64,000 bases of DNA from Geosiphon pyriformis uo1 (lineage: Eukaryota > Fungi > Glomeromycota). This document shows, piece after piece, positions 25,730 to 39,720 of the stretch (positions are counted from its first letter, which is position 1; every line of letters begins with the position of its first letter). The DNA is taken from NCBI GenBank assembly GCA_016748015.1, contig JAAOMT010000602.1, positions 695,696 through 759,695 on the forward strand, given 5' to 3'. The notes beneath the pieces are model-generated. The model did not search any database and was not told the origin of the DNA. It saw nothing but the letters and a program-made list of their open reading frames with translations. The translations under genes were made by a program, and so were the position numbers.

Positions 25730-26702
25730 CTATTAATTAGCATGAAATTACTCTTATAATTCCTATAATTAATTAGTATATTAATATCATTTCAAATTAT
25801 CATTTATTATTTAATCAATTATCACATATCACAATTCAATTAAATAATCCAATTAGTATAACAGAAAGTAGGATGATCAAATTACACAATACCCTGAACT
25901 TTGTAACATTCAAAAATTCGCCGAAATTTACAGAAATTTGCCGAAATTTATAAAAAATTCGCCGAAATTATGAATAGTTCACCCAAATTAATCAATAGTT
26001 TAGTGAAATAACTTGTAGTCTATCAAAATGTATCTTTAGTTCACTGAAATTTGAGCAAAGAGAAAAAGTACAAGTTCATAGACTAGTACTACAACAAGTT
26101 GTATAAAAGAAGAGCTTTTCTCTTCAAGAAAATATATCTTACTTTAGATTTTATCACTAGAACCATTCCTACACATACAAAAAAAGAAATAAATATCAAA
26201 TAATTCGAAAAACCAAATTTTTTTAATTATTGCACTTGGAAAATCCCCAAAATCCAACTAACGTTTTGAAATTGATTAGCTACCAATTTCAGTAAACTGT
26301 TAGTGACTCCAGGCCTGGATAGAAAACGTTTTCCTTGACAAAATTCTATTTCTTTTATTTTTCTTTATTTTTTTTTTCTTTTCTTATTACAATCATTAGG
26401 GTAGCCTACAGACAAGATTCTTATAAAAGAGTTGACTTTTACAGCAAAGTAACTACACATTTTTAGTGAGCTTCCAGACGAGCAATTTCTGGGAAAGAGT
26501 TGACATTCACTACAACGTAACTACATAAAATAACTGGCACAGAATTGGCCATTCCACTCATAAGCCCAACAGTTCAAATTATAAGAGATAATTTAAAGAT
26601 AAATTCAGTTATTGGAGGTTCAACTACTTCTAGAAAACGTGAATTTGCAACCAACAGACATTTACAACATTCAAGAAAAGAGACCAAAAACCTCCAGTAA
26701 CA
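25710..26702 (+). repeat. G2 3' LTR
   Basis: TGTTACC...GTAACA; colinear with 5' LTR. Confidence 0.95.
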
Positions 26703-26986
26703 GTGTAAATATTACTACTGTTATGCTTTTTAGCAAATATTTATCTATTTTACTACTAATTTTTTTTTCTGGTATATTTGAATAATTTTTAATCTAATAT
26801 TCATAAAAATTATAGAAAGCATTTTGAATATTTTAATTCAAAAAATAATTGTTTATATTGATTAAAGATACTTCTGTTTTAGGAATGATGTATTTATTTA
26901 TATCTGATTTTTGTTGATTATTTGAATTGGTATTACCACAACAAATAATTAATTAAGTTGTTTGTAATATTTTTTGAGTTGTATGT

Positions 26987-27940
26987 TGTTACTAAAAGTT
27001 TTTAGTCTCTTTATTTGAATGTTGTTAATGTCTGTTTGTTGTAAATTCATATTTCCTAGAAGTAGATGAACCTCCAATAACTGAATTTATCTTTAAATTA
27101 TCTCTTATAATTTGAACTACTGGACTTATAAGTAGAATGGCCAATTCTGTGCCAGTTACTTTATATAGTTATATTGTAGTAAACATCAACTCTTTCCCAG
27201 AAATTGCTCATCTGAAAGCTTACTAAAATATGTAGTTACTTTGCTGTGAAAGTCAACTCTTCTATAGGAATTTTGTTTGTAAGCTACCCTAATAATTATG
27301 ATAAAAAAAATAAAAAAAAATAAAAAAAATGTAAAAAAAATAGGATTTTGTTAAGAAAAACGTTTTCTATTCAGGCCTGGAATCACTAACAGATTATTGA
27401 AATTGGTAGTTAATTAATTTCAAAACGTTAGTTGGATTTTCTTTTGTGAATTTCAAGTATAATAATTAAGAATTTGGTTTTTGAATATTTAATTTTTATT
27501 TAATTTTGTAAGAATATGTAAGAGATGATTTGCTTTTAATTAAGATATTTAAAGCAAAATATATTTTCTTGAAGAAAAAAGCTCTTCTTTTATACAACTT
27601 GTTATAGTACTAGTCTTTGAACTTGCACTTTTTTTTTGCTATAATTTTAGTAAACTAAAAATACATTTTGGTAAACTACAAGTTATTTCTACAAACTATT
27701 GATTATTTCGGCCAATTTCTGCCAATTTCGAATTTTTGAATATTAAATGGTTTAGGGTATTGTGTAATTTGATCATTTTAATTTCTATAATACAAATTGA
27801 ATTATTAATTAAATAATAATATTTGATAATTTAATTAACTAATAAGTAATAATTAAAATAATAATAATATATACTAATTAATAATAGGAATTATAAAGGT
27901 AATTTTATGCTAATTAATAGCTAAAATTCTACTGGTAACA
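26987..27940 (-). mobile_element. Solo LTR of the G2/G3 family
   Basis: Reverse complement of the G2 LTR over its full length; TGTTAC...GTAACA; ATGT on both sides. Confidence 0.9.
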
Positions 27941-28699
27941 ATGTTTTTAAAATTTGATATCAGATATTAAATGTGCTTTTTAATTAAATTTTATTCAATA
28001 ATTTTTAAATATTACAATTATATGAATCAAAAAAGAATAGATAAATACCAATAAGTAATCTTTTATTTCAAGATATTTAAATACTTGAAGATAAAAAAAA
28101 ATAAGCAATATAAAAAAGATTGAGATAATAGTTGTTATTTTATTTATTTTTAATTATTAGTACATATTTTTCTTTAGCTAAGAAACTTATTACTTATATA
28201 GCTATTAAAAGTAGTCAATAACCAGATTATTAATTAAGTCAACAATTAGGTCATTGATTAGATTAATAATTAAGTCAATAATTAAGTTATTAATCAGATT
28301 AATAATCAAATTAATAATTACTATCTAAAAATAGAATGGCTAATTATATAATATTAGTAACTAATACATGTAATAATTAATAAAAACTATAAGTTTTAAT
28401 TATAACAATATAAATATTTTTATTTTATTTATTAAAATTAATATATAGATTTATAATAAATTTTAAAATTTTTTAAAAGTTATTTATTAATATAAAGTTA
28501 TATATAAAAGCTATTTGTTTTTTGGGTTTTTTTATTATTATTAAATTAAATTTTTTTAAAATTTATATTGGTTTTATTAATTAAATTTATAGTAAAATTT
28601 ATTTATTTTTTAATTATTTTAGTTATAAATTAAAAATTGAAAAAACTTTTTTTTTCATTTATTTCAATAATTATTAAAGAGTTTTAGTTTTGTTAAAAA

Positions 28700-31600
28700 A
28701 GTTTTTTAGTAATTGTTAGACATCATTTAATTTGATAAATTTAAACTATTTTTGCTTAATTATAAGACCATTGTTGATTTTAATATGGCTGTTATAAAAA
28801 ATTTTGCTAAAAATTTTGGCTCTGATATTGCTAACAAGAATGTTTTTTTCAGAAAAAAAGAAGAAATAAAGCTTTGAAAGATAATATTATTAATAAAAAA
28901 GTGTTTGCCAAAGAAATAATTAGTTGTTTTTGGGATTTTAAGATCAATAATATTACTAAATTTGATAATATTAATATAAAAAAAGAGTTTTTAGTAAAAA
29001 AAACCAGTGTAAATTATGATGAAAATAATACTTTAAATAAAAAAACCTAGACCAAATATTTAAAAAACCGAGATTAATAACCAAAAAATATTGAACACAC
29101 TTTTAAATAAGCTTAAGTTTCCGAGTAAAAATAAAAATAATATTTTTTTGAATGCTTCTATGGTTTTTTTTTTAAAAAACATTGTCAATATATTTGTTAG
29201 AAAATCTTTTGCTTTAAGTATTAATTTAGATGCTATAATAAGAAAATTATCTTAAAAAAAATTAAAATCAATTAAAAATTTGTTTGCTGGTATTAATAGT
29301 TTTGGGAGGCCTCTATTCTTTTAAAATTTGCTGGTATTATTTGTGTATTATTTACTTCTGAATTTAGTTTGGCACAGGTAATGAGTAAAACAAAAGCTGT
29401 AAATATTTTAGTAAACACTAATCTTAAGAAATTAGCTATATATTTAAATCAATATTACAGATTATTTTTTTTCTGTGAACATATTATAATTAATTTTTAT
29501 GACTTTTTAGATCAAGCAATAATATAAAAAATTATCTAATTTTGATATAAAATTAAGTATATTAGTTTCAATTAGCATTGATTTTAATTTATACTAGATT
29601 TTTATTTAATAAATTACTATTATTTTTTTTATTTAAAGATCTAAAAATTAGCTTAGTAAGTTTTTTTTAATTTCTTAGCAAATATTGAATAATTTTTTCT
29701 GATAAGTGTTTTTGTTATTAAATTTGGTATGTAGCATAATATTTTTATTAAAATTGTTATTAATAACTGCTGCTATATTAGTTTTTTAAAGAAAATTTCT
29801 ATTATATTCTTATATTTTTAATTGTGTTTTTTCTTAAAACTTTTGTAAAAATACTTTTTTATCTTGTGTTAATACCAAATATCTGTATTTTTTTTGCTTA
29901 TAGTAAAGTAATATTTTATTTTTAATAAATTCAAAGAGAATTAAAAATAAAAAGTAAAATTCAACAAAATTAATATTTGTAAAATAATTTTAATTAGAAA
30001 TTATTTTTCAAAGATATAAAAAGCTTATTCTAAATTTTTAAGTTAATTGTTGACTTTGGCCAAGATATTATTATGAATAGTTTTTAAGTAATTTTATATA
30101 ATTAATATTTTTTTAATGTGTTTTTAATTTTATTAAGTTTGAATCTTATTTGTGTTTTTGTTAATATATTATATGTTTTTACTATTGTTTTTATCAATAA
30201 AAAAATGATAATAAAAGGGAAAAGTAATAATTTTTTTGGTTATTAATAAGAGACTAAATTATAAAGAAGAAAGATTTCCAATTCCACTAATCTTAATATT
30301 AGTAAATATTATAATACAAAACATAAAAAACACACTTTCTAACTTTTCTTGGAATTATAATTTAATTTCTCTATTTTTTTTTATTTTTTTTATTTTTTTT
30401 CTAGTTAAAAAGCTATTATATATATATATATTTCGAGTTATACATAATTGTGCCTATTTTAACTAATTAATAAGTAATTGCTAAACTATTGAACTTTTTA
30501 TTTAATTATAAATGTCTTTTGATTTACTTGTTTATAATCATGTTAAATTAAACATATTTGTGTATATTTTGTATATTATTATGTATATGTTATGTTTTTT
30601 AATTTTATTTATTAATTTGTGCTATTTATACTGTTATTTAATGATTGATTAATATATTATAATATATTATTTTTGATTTTTGTTAATTTTTATTAGATAA
30701 TATCAAGCTATAGTGGTTAAAAAAATTCTAATAAAAATATTTGTAAAAACTATGTATACTGTACTATCTGGTTTAAAGTAATTAAGTCGATTAAAATTCT
30801 ATTAATTAGACTGTAGCAAAAAATAATCATAAAATTTGAACAATCAGAGCATACAGATTTAACTATAACAAAATATTTAATTTTAATCAAAAAAAATACT
30901 ATGCAGATTGCTAAAACAAATAAAAACAAAAAAATGTGAGATGCCAAAAATAATTGTAGAATGTTGTTTTATACTTTTTTTGTAGAAACTAATGTACATA
31001 ATCTTTGGAAATTTTTAGGTTTAATTAGTAAAAAAACTTATATTATAGAATAATATTTAATTACATATGTCAAAGTTAAGTATATTGTAGTGTGTTTCAA
31101 ATCTATGTTCTTATTGGATGTTGCTATAAAAAACTACATCAATACTAAGAAATGTTAATTTGCATTGGTTCTGTTTAGGCTTAGCTAAGTGTATCAAATA
31201 TAAAAATTTGAGTTATATGTTTTTGGGTTGTATTATTGATAAAAAAGTTTTTTCTGGTAGATTTTTTAAAAGTTTTTTTCGAAAGTAAATAAAAGAAAAT
31301 TGGCAATTATTTATGCCAAACAATCAGTTTTTGTCATTTGGTTAGTATTTTTTGATAGTGTTCCTTGAGCAAAAGTTGTTAATAGTTTGTTTGTTTGTTT
31401 TTTCCTATACAAAATAATTCCTTGAATATTGATGTCTCTTTAAAAATAAAGTTTTTTCTATTAGTTATATTAAATGTTAATAATAGGTTTGCTGCTTTTA
31501 AACATAATTTTGCCAGTTTTATAGAGCAAGTTAATAAGTTGGTTGAGAAATTAGATGCACTTAGACCAATGGTTTTTTAGTTTAGCTTTAAATGTTAATT

Positions 31601-34600
31601 ATTAATAATCTTTTTATCACAAGATTAAGTGATAAATATAGTAATAAGTGAAAGTTTGAGTGTATTTACTAATGATGAAACTGTTGTGAAAACAGTGTTT
31701 TTTGATTCTTTGGTTATTTCCAAATTGAAAAATACTATAGAAAGTTTGTTGAAAACAGTAATAAACTTTTTAACCAAAATAGATAATATCAGTTCAAATT
31801 TGAAAAACTTTTTTTACTAATAATTGAACTTGTTTAAAAGATTGCTACATGTAACATTAGAAATATGAACAATTTTGCTAAGCAAGAGAACATTATTTAT
31901 TGACACAAAAATATGAGCATTTCTGTTTCTATTGTAATAAAAATAAAAATAAAATGTAAAATTTATTTTAAAATCATAAGCAAATTTGAAGAAATTAAAG
32001 TTTTTACTTTGAGTGTTAACTCCAATCATCTGAATTTTGGTGTTGCTGTGATAATAAACAATAATATTGTTTGGTATATATACAAAGTATTAAAAGTGGT
32101 TAAACAGCTTTAGTCAATATATTTGTTCTTTAAAAATTGACTTTTGGTATTTATTTTAAATTTATATACTTATACTATTTTGGAAAAAAAGTTGGTTTAC
32201 TCTTATAATGTCAACTTTATGATGGCTAAGATTTTAAATAATAATATATTTATGGTTCTTGGTAATAATTTCAATAAGAATAATTTTAATTATAGTGTAA
32301 GTTTCAAAAAATTTTTGGATCTAAGTTTATTTAACTTTTTTAATAGTTTTTTATTGTACAAGCTCTTTATGTAATTCAACTTTAGAAAAATTAAAAAATA
32401 CATAAACTTTGTTTTAATTAATAATGGTCTTCTAAGTTTGTTTTTCAATTAACAAGTTTATTGTTTGAATAATTTTTTTAAAACTGATTATTTAGTTGTT
32501 TTATTTAATATTAATTTAGAAAGACTTTTTAGTTCTTAGCTCAATTTAGTATATAAACAAGCCAACAGAAATAGATAAAAATTCAAGATTAAAAATGTTT
32601 AGAAAATTAATATTGGCTGTTGCTTTGAATACAGCTAAAAAATTTGATGATTTTAAGAAAAAAGCTAATCTTAATAAAATATAATAACTAATTTATCAAG
32701 TGATATGTTCTGTGGCTAATGTTGTTTTTTTAAAAACATGATATTAAAATAATAAAGTGGCTAAAAATACTACATTTTCTTAGTTTTACAGATTGAAATT
32801 GCTAATATTAAAGATCTTAAAAACATATATATTGAGAAATTTGGTAAATTTTTAAGTTTTAATTGACAAATAAATTTATTTGGATCTTAACTAAGCAGTA
32901 GAATTTAAGAAATTTTTTGACAATAGTTGTGACAAAATCTTAATTAAACAATCTTTGGTTTATTTTAAAAAGATTTATAGGTTTTATAAGATATTAAAAT
33001 CTAAAGCTGTCAAGAATTTTTATATTAAAACTGTTATTATTAAATACATAGAAGTTTTTGCTTATAATAAAAATCAAATAATAAAAAGTGTATTGGAAAG
33101 ATTTTTTAAAAAGATTACACTTAACTATTTAATTAATAATAATAAATTAGTTTTGAAATCTGATTTAGTCAAGTATAAAGTTAATTTAATTATAAAAATT
33201 AAACCAAAAAACATGTAATTAAAGCTGCTATTTTTTTTATTGGCAAAGACAATTTGTATTTTTTAATTATGTTGAGAATAGTATATTTTTTTTATTATAT
33301 TACAAATTGGTTTTAACAAATTTTTGTTAGTAATTGAAAATTTTTTTAATAATAAAGCTGCTGAATTATTTAATATCTTTAATAAGATATAAAAGCACTG
33401 TAACAAGTCAGTTTTGGAATGTTTTTTGTGTTTTCTTAATTTGTGTTTGGTAATTAAATCTGTTTTTAATATCTAAAAGGAGACTTAGATGTCTATAATC
33501 CCAAAATTTTATAAATAGAAAAGCATTTTAAGAAATACCAAACCTATTGTTTTTATTAAAACTACAAAAAAAATCCTTTCAAAAATTTTGTCTAATTATA
33601 TTTCTAAGATTTGTAGTAAATACAATGTTTTATATAGAGATAATTTTTCAGTTTTAAAAAGCATTTTAATTCAGTCTTCTATTTTTATGGTTGGATTTAT
33701 TGTTAAAAATAATTTGGAAAAAAATAGAAAGATCTGGCTGGTGTTTTAAGACATATACAAAGCTTATAATTTAATAAACTGGCTTACATTTAAAAAACAG
33801 TATGAAGTAAATAAAAATATGTAACAGATTTATTAGGTTTTTTAAGCACATTTAAATGGTTATATAAATAAAATTATAACAGATTTTGGTTTGTTTAAAA
33901 GTTATAAAATTTATAATAGTCTGAATCAAAATAAAATGTTTTTACTTTTTTTTTAAAGAATTTTTTATGATTCTTTTTTGTGTTAAGTAAAAAACCAGAA
34001 ATTTTTGTTTAAATATTGTGTAAATTTTAGGTTTGTTGCAAAGACTAACAGAATTAAATCTAATACTAATTTAATATTTTATTTGGCTGCTGGTGCTTTT
34101 GTGGATAATACAATTTAAATTGACAACAGTTATATAATAATACAGAACATTTTGAATATTGCTAATAAATTCTTTAATGTTATGAACATTTCAATAAATA
34201 TAAACAAAACAATAGTTATTCTAACTAACTCAAAAACCAATAGTGTTTTTTTAAACATAAGTGAATTACTTATTTCAATTGCAAAAGCTAATAAAGCTTA
34301 TTAGTATTTAAATATTTTTTTATCAACTAAAAGTTTTTTTGGTCTGAATTTAAAAAAAACAAATTCAAATATAAGATTTTTTTCATTTATGATCTTATAC
34401 AAAGCTATTTTAAACAACCAATTTTCTTATTTGGTTTTAACTGTATTGCAGTCTATTGTTGATTACAAAACTTAGTTCAATTTTGTCTGTAAAAATATGT
34501 GTGAAAAATAAAATTATTTGATTAAGAAAAAGTTAAAGTTCAAGACCAATTTGTCCAAAGACTATTCTAATAAAACAATATATTATTTGTTTTTGTATAA

Positions 34601-36610
34601 TTTAAAGTCTTTTAAGGAAGTTTAAACAAAAAAGAAAGTAGTATTAGTAATAAAATTTGCCAATATTAAAGATATTTTTGGCCAGCTTTTTAGACATAAA
34701 TTGTTAGATTTGCAGGTTTTAAGCTGGATTTTCTGAAACTTTTTTCAATTTTCTGTCAAGCTAAAAGTTAATTTAGTAAACAATTTTCTGGCTAGTGTTA
34801 TTAAAATATTTTTGTACAATAATATATTTTTGAATAATAGTCTGCTTAATACTTTTTATTTTAAATATAATATTTTTGTTTTGAGTATTTTGGGTTAAAT
34901 AGAATACTTTCTGGTTTGTAGGTTTTTAAAGTGCTTTAGTATTATTTTTGCAAACTAATTTTTAAATAATTATAATAAATGCTTTGCTTAAAAAAATTTT
35001 TGTTAATAAAAACAGTTGGATTTTAGGAATTTAATCTCTTTTTGGTTCATACAAGTTTTAGATTTTATTAAAAATAATAGTTTAGTTCAAGATCTTTTAT
35101 CTGATTTTAAACATTTTTTCAAGATAAGTGTGGTTGATACAAGCAGTTTTAGTGCTATTTATTCTAATTTAAAATATGTATTTTTGTTTGTAATCTTAGT
35201 TTATACTAATGGTTTTGTTAAAAACTTTGGCTTTTTTAAAATTATTGGTAGTATAACTGCTTACTTTTTTAATCTGAGTCTATATATGAAAATAGAAATT
35301 CATGAGTTATTGTTTTCAATTTTAATTAAGATACAGACTATTGTTTTGGCTTTCAAATATGTTCCAGTTTTCTCTAAAGTTATAATTTTTTTTGATAATT
35401 AAACCTTTTTAAATACATATTAAGTTGAACTGAAATTGATAACATTTAATTTTTGCAATAAATATTGGATTAAGCATTATTGAATCAGTAATTTAATCAA
35501 AAATAAGAACATTTCTGTAAATTAGACCAAACTAAAAAGTTATTTTAATGTATTAAACAATAAGTATACTGATAGATTGACAAATTGGGCCACTTTTTCA
35601 AAACTTGTTTTTTTAGTAAATATTAAGAAAAATTTTTTAATGGTTAATAATAAGATAGTTTTAACAATACTTGTTATTTTATTAAAATAATAAATAATAT
35701 TGTAAGGTGTTTTTAATAAAAAGTTGAATCTGGTTTTAATGTTATAGATTTTTTGTGTATTGGTAACTATAATTAGAAACACACTACTTTAGTTTAACAT
35801 CCTAATTTTTATATAATAGTTGAAAACATAAGCAAAATTATTGTTAACTTATGTATATATTTAATAAAAACTTTGTATAAAAAGTTGTCAGTTGTAGTTA
35901 AAAAGTGCTTATATGATCACAGTTATCCAAATATGCTGTGTATATATTGTGATAAGATGGAGTTTTTGGATTATAATTTTGTTTGCAGCTTTTCTGTTCA
36001 ATTAAATCTGCTAAATAATTGTTTTTTTCTTTAAAAGTCTTTAACTAATATAAGTTTAGCTTTATTAATAGTTTTTTAGTTATTGGCTTTATGTGTTTTT
36101 TATATTAGTCTGTATACAATTTTGTGCAAAAAGTTTGTGTTTAAAGATTGGTTAGTAAAAGCTAAGACTTTTTTTAAAGATTTTGAGCTTGTTATGTTTA
36201 AATTAGTTGAGTTTATTTGAAATTTGGTTATTAATTATAGAAAATGAATATAGATTTTTAATTTAAAGCTTCAAATTAAAATAGATTATAGGAGTTTGTT
36301 AAATAAAAAGGACTCTATGTTTGATGTTGTTTATGGTTTTTCTGTTGAAATTTTAAATAATATTGCTTATTTGTTAGGAATTAAAGAAAATTATACTATT
36401 AGTTTTGGCTTAAAAGTTGGTTATTTGTTTTTTGTTAATATTATTAGAAAAGTTTTAGTTAATATAGATATGTAGTGTTGTTTTGATTGGCTATATGGCT
36501 AATTATATATAGAAAATATGTAAATTATATTTAATTTAGAACTTTAGATAGTTGTATTATATTAGATAGTAATTGAATTTTACTTATAAATAAAAATAAA
36601 ATAAAATAAA
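28700..36610 (+). mobile_element. LINE-B, heavily decayed full-length LINE interrupted by a solo LTR
   Basis: Remnants of KIATCNI (APE), DIYKAYN and AFVDN (RT), VYTNG (RNaseH); 3' UTR like other copies; A-rich tail; 5' end approximate. Confidence 0.8.
29453..30702. mobile_element. Decayed solo LTR (~1250 bp) of another family inside LINE-B ORF1
   Basis: TATTACA...GATAATA ends (TG..CA after G>A/C>T). TCAA duplicated on both sides. Removing it restores ORF1 (...LNQ/AIVVKKI). Confidence 0.7.
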
Positions 36611-37133
36611 ATTAATAAATATTATATTTATTATTATTATTAAAATAATAGTTTTTTAAGAGTTTTAAATATTTATTATCAAGTTTATTAAAAATAAAAT
36701 TGTTATATAATTAGTTAATTTAATTTTTAATAACAATAATTTAATTGTAATTATACAAAAATTGGCTGTTTTAAATAAGTTTTTAATTATAAATTTATTG
36801 TAGTATTATAAGTTTAAATAAGTTAATAAATAATAAAAAAAACAATTAAAAATAAAAAATAAAAATTTAATTAAAAAAGTAAATCAAATTTGTAAAAATT
36901 TAATATGTATAATTAATTATATAATTATAGTTATTTGATTTTTTTGAAAAAATAAAAAAATAATTTGTAATTGTTAACAAAATAATATTACTGCTATTAT
37001 TTTATGTTTATTTTAATAATTCATAAAATTATTAACAAATATTATTGTATTTTTTAATTATTTTTTATTTAATAAATTACAAAAATAAACAAATAGCTTT
37101 TTAAATTAATTTTTACAATATAAATTAAAAAAA

Positions 37134-37720
37134 TGTCTTCTTGGAGGTCACTTTCTGGGCTCTCTCTTTCCTTTTCAGTTGTGTTGTAGTTTATGTCGAC
37201 CTGTACTTCGGATTTGCTGGTTTCCTCAGCTCTTTACAAGGGTTTTGTTTTTAATAAATGGCTTCAGGAGGCTGTTATTGTCTTCCATAATCTCAAGATT
37301 GCTGGTGTTAAAATTACTGATTTTATGCGCTCTCTATGCTCTGCTTTTAGGAATGATATTTGGTTGGTTTGTACCAAGCATCATGCTTTTATGAAAAAAA
37401 ATGGCCTGATCTCAACAGATGGATCAATTTTCATCCCAGTTTTTGGTTCAGTTTCGAGGTTGTCACCTGATATGATTAAATTGCTTGGTGTTACTGAAGC
37501 CTTTGGCATCTTTTTTGGCTTTTACAAATCTTGTTCATTTTTTTCAGATATTGGTGACATGGTTTCTGTTAATATAGTTGTGTAGTGTTATCTTGACTGG
37601 CTCAAGTGACTGGTCACATGTGGTTAAGTGCATGATTCATGCCTAGTTTAGATCATTTCATTGATGTATTGTTCTAAATAGTGTTTGGATCTTATTTGTT
37701 AAATATAATAAAAAAAAAAA
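37134..37720 (+). mobile_element. 5'-truncated LINE insertion (ORF2 C-terminus, 3' UTR, poly-A)
   Basis: ALYKGFVFNKW...SVNIVV*, poly-A at ~37710-37720, AAATTAAAAAAA on both flanks. Confidence 0.85.
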
Positions 37721-38199
37721 TTAAAAAAAATAAGATATGTAAATATTTACAAGTAATTTTTTATTTATAAATATTTAAATACTTAAAAATTAAAAATATA
37801 AATAAGCAATATAAAAAATATTAATATATAATTATTGTATTTTTTATTTGGATTTTATGTTGTTTTTTTTAAGTTTAATATATAGTTCAACCACAATCTA
37901 ATACTATAAATCAAATTAAATAACACAAATTAAATATAGTTTATATATTTTTTATATATAATTAGATATAAGCTTTAGTTTAAATTAAGTTAAATTAAAT
38001 AAAAAATATTGAAAATAAATTCAATTTATTAATTTTTTTAATAATACTATTCAAATTTCGACTATTAAAAATAAATTCATTAAAAAACAATTTAGTTTTT
38101 TTAATATTACTTCTAATATTAGAATTTAATATATACTATAAAACAATTATATACTTAATAGTATTTTTACTAAAAAAAAATTTTGGCAATTAAAATTTT

Positions 38200-39720
38200 A
38201 TTATAATTTATATAAGTAAATTTTATTTCAGATTTAAGACAAATAATGTTTTTAAAAACACCAACCAAAAAATTGGCAAAATTATTAAAAGCAAAATTAA
38301 TAATAAAAACAGTTTAAAAAACAATAAAAAAATGTGTTAAAAAGATAAAAACCATAAAATAAAATTTATTATTAACAAAAAATAATACAAAAAGTTTAAA
38401 ACTAACAACAAATTTAATAAACAACTTAAAAAAAAAGTAGTAATATCTTGTAGTTAGCAAAAAAATAATCTAAACTTTAATATTTATAACAATAATAATA
38501 TTTAAAAGTTTTTTACCAAATACAATATTTGTGTAAAGTATTAGTTTTTACAACAGTTAAATTTAAAATTCATAAAACTCAAATATTATAATAGCAAAGT
38601 ATTAATAACAATAAGAATTAGGAGAATAAAAAATAAATTAAATATAGTTACCAACTTAAAAAATTATATTATTGGTTTTAAAAACAAAACATCTAAAAAA
38701 AATTAATTAATTTGGCTTTAAAATTGTTTTAATTAGTACAAATTAGTTATTAAAAGCAGCAACAGCAGACAAAAAATTTTTAAAATTAACAACAGTATAT
38801 TATTATAACTCAACAAATTTTAATTTTACAAAAATAACAACATTAAAAACACCAAAAAATTTTTAATATTATTAAAAAATATGCTAAAAAAATATTACAA
38901 AGTGCAACAAAAAAAACAAAAATTATCACAAAAAATTTTGCAATCTTAAATATAATTAAGAAAAAAAAATTATTTATAATAATATTAATAATAATAATTA
39001 AAGAAAATTTAAAAACAAAATCTATATAAAACAACTTAATATTGTCTTTTAAAATTAATTTGAATTCAATAAAACCAAACAGCAAATGAAATAAAAAAAT
39101 TAACAAAAGCCAATTTAATTTTAAAAATAATACAAAGTACTAAAAAACAAAACAAAAGATATTAATATAATTTCTATTTAGTCAATTTAATTTTTAAGAT
39201 TAGATAACTTAATAGATTGTTTTAATTTTAAAATTAGCAATAATCTGTTAAAAAACATTATATTTAACAATACAGCCAATAATTAATCTTAATTTATCTT
39301 AAAAAATATGCTATTATTATTGTTGTTCATATTAAAAAAAGAACTAATTATTGTTAAAAAAATCTTATTTAAAATTTTATCTGAAACCACAAAAAATTTC
39401 AGTATAATAATAATAAATACAAATAATTACTACTGTTTTTTTGAGTTTTTGGCTTTTTTAACTATTTATAAAATAGTAATAATATTTGTAGTAAAAACAA
39501 AAAAACTAGTTTGTTTATTAATTTATTATTAAAAACTTTAAAGTTTTTAAAGAAGGTAAAAACAATATTAAAAATGCTTTAAAAGTTATTAAACTGTTTT
39601 AATAATAATAAATTTTTTTTTGTTAAAACTTTATTAATTACTATAAAGAAATATTTAAAACTTTTTTACTTTTTGTTTTAATTGTAATCATAAAATTAGA
39701 AAAAAAAATATTTTTTATTA
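38200..39720 (-). mobile_element. Highly decayed repeat relic related to 14830-15672
   Basis: Shared strings with 15120-15660; no recoverable ORF. Confidence 0.4.

Larger units (their letters stand above)
16777..26702 (+). mobile_element. Full-length Ty3/Gypsy element G2 (decayed)
   Basis: Two 993 bp LTRs; 4 bp TSD GTGT (16773-76, 26703-06); PBS TGGTGTTCTT at 17772; PPT ~25698-25708; all domains present. Confidence 0.96.
15677..28407 (-). mobile_element. Old Gypsy relic GB: 3' LTR 15677-16381, ORF3 remnant 16382-16776 + 26703-26986, partial 5' LTR 27941-28407; hosts G2 and a solo LTR
   Basis: 15926-16381 is repeated at 27941-28407. TGTTA/TAACA ends. ATAT on both outer sides (15673-76, 28408-11). 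Decayed PPT and pre-PPT motif at ~16382-16416. Confidence 0.75.

Noticed and set aside
25710-27940. Large inverted repeat as DNA-transposon TIRs
   Set aside because: Explained by the G2 3' LTR plus an oppositely oriented solo LTR of the same family
30236-39532. Short I/F/K/N-rich ORFs as membrane proteins
   Set aside because: Products of AT-rich decayed repeats
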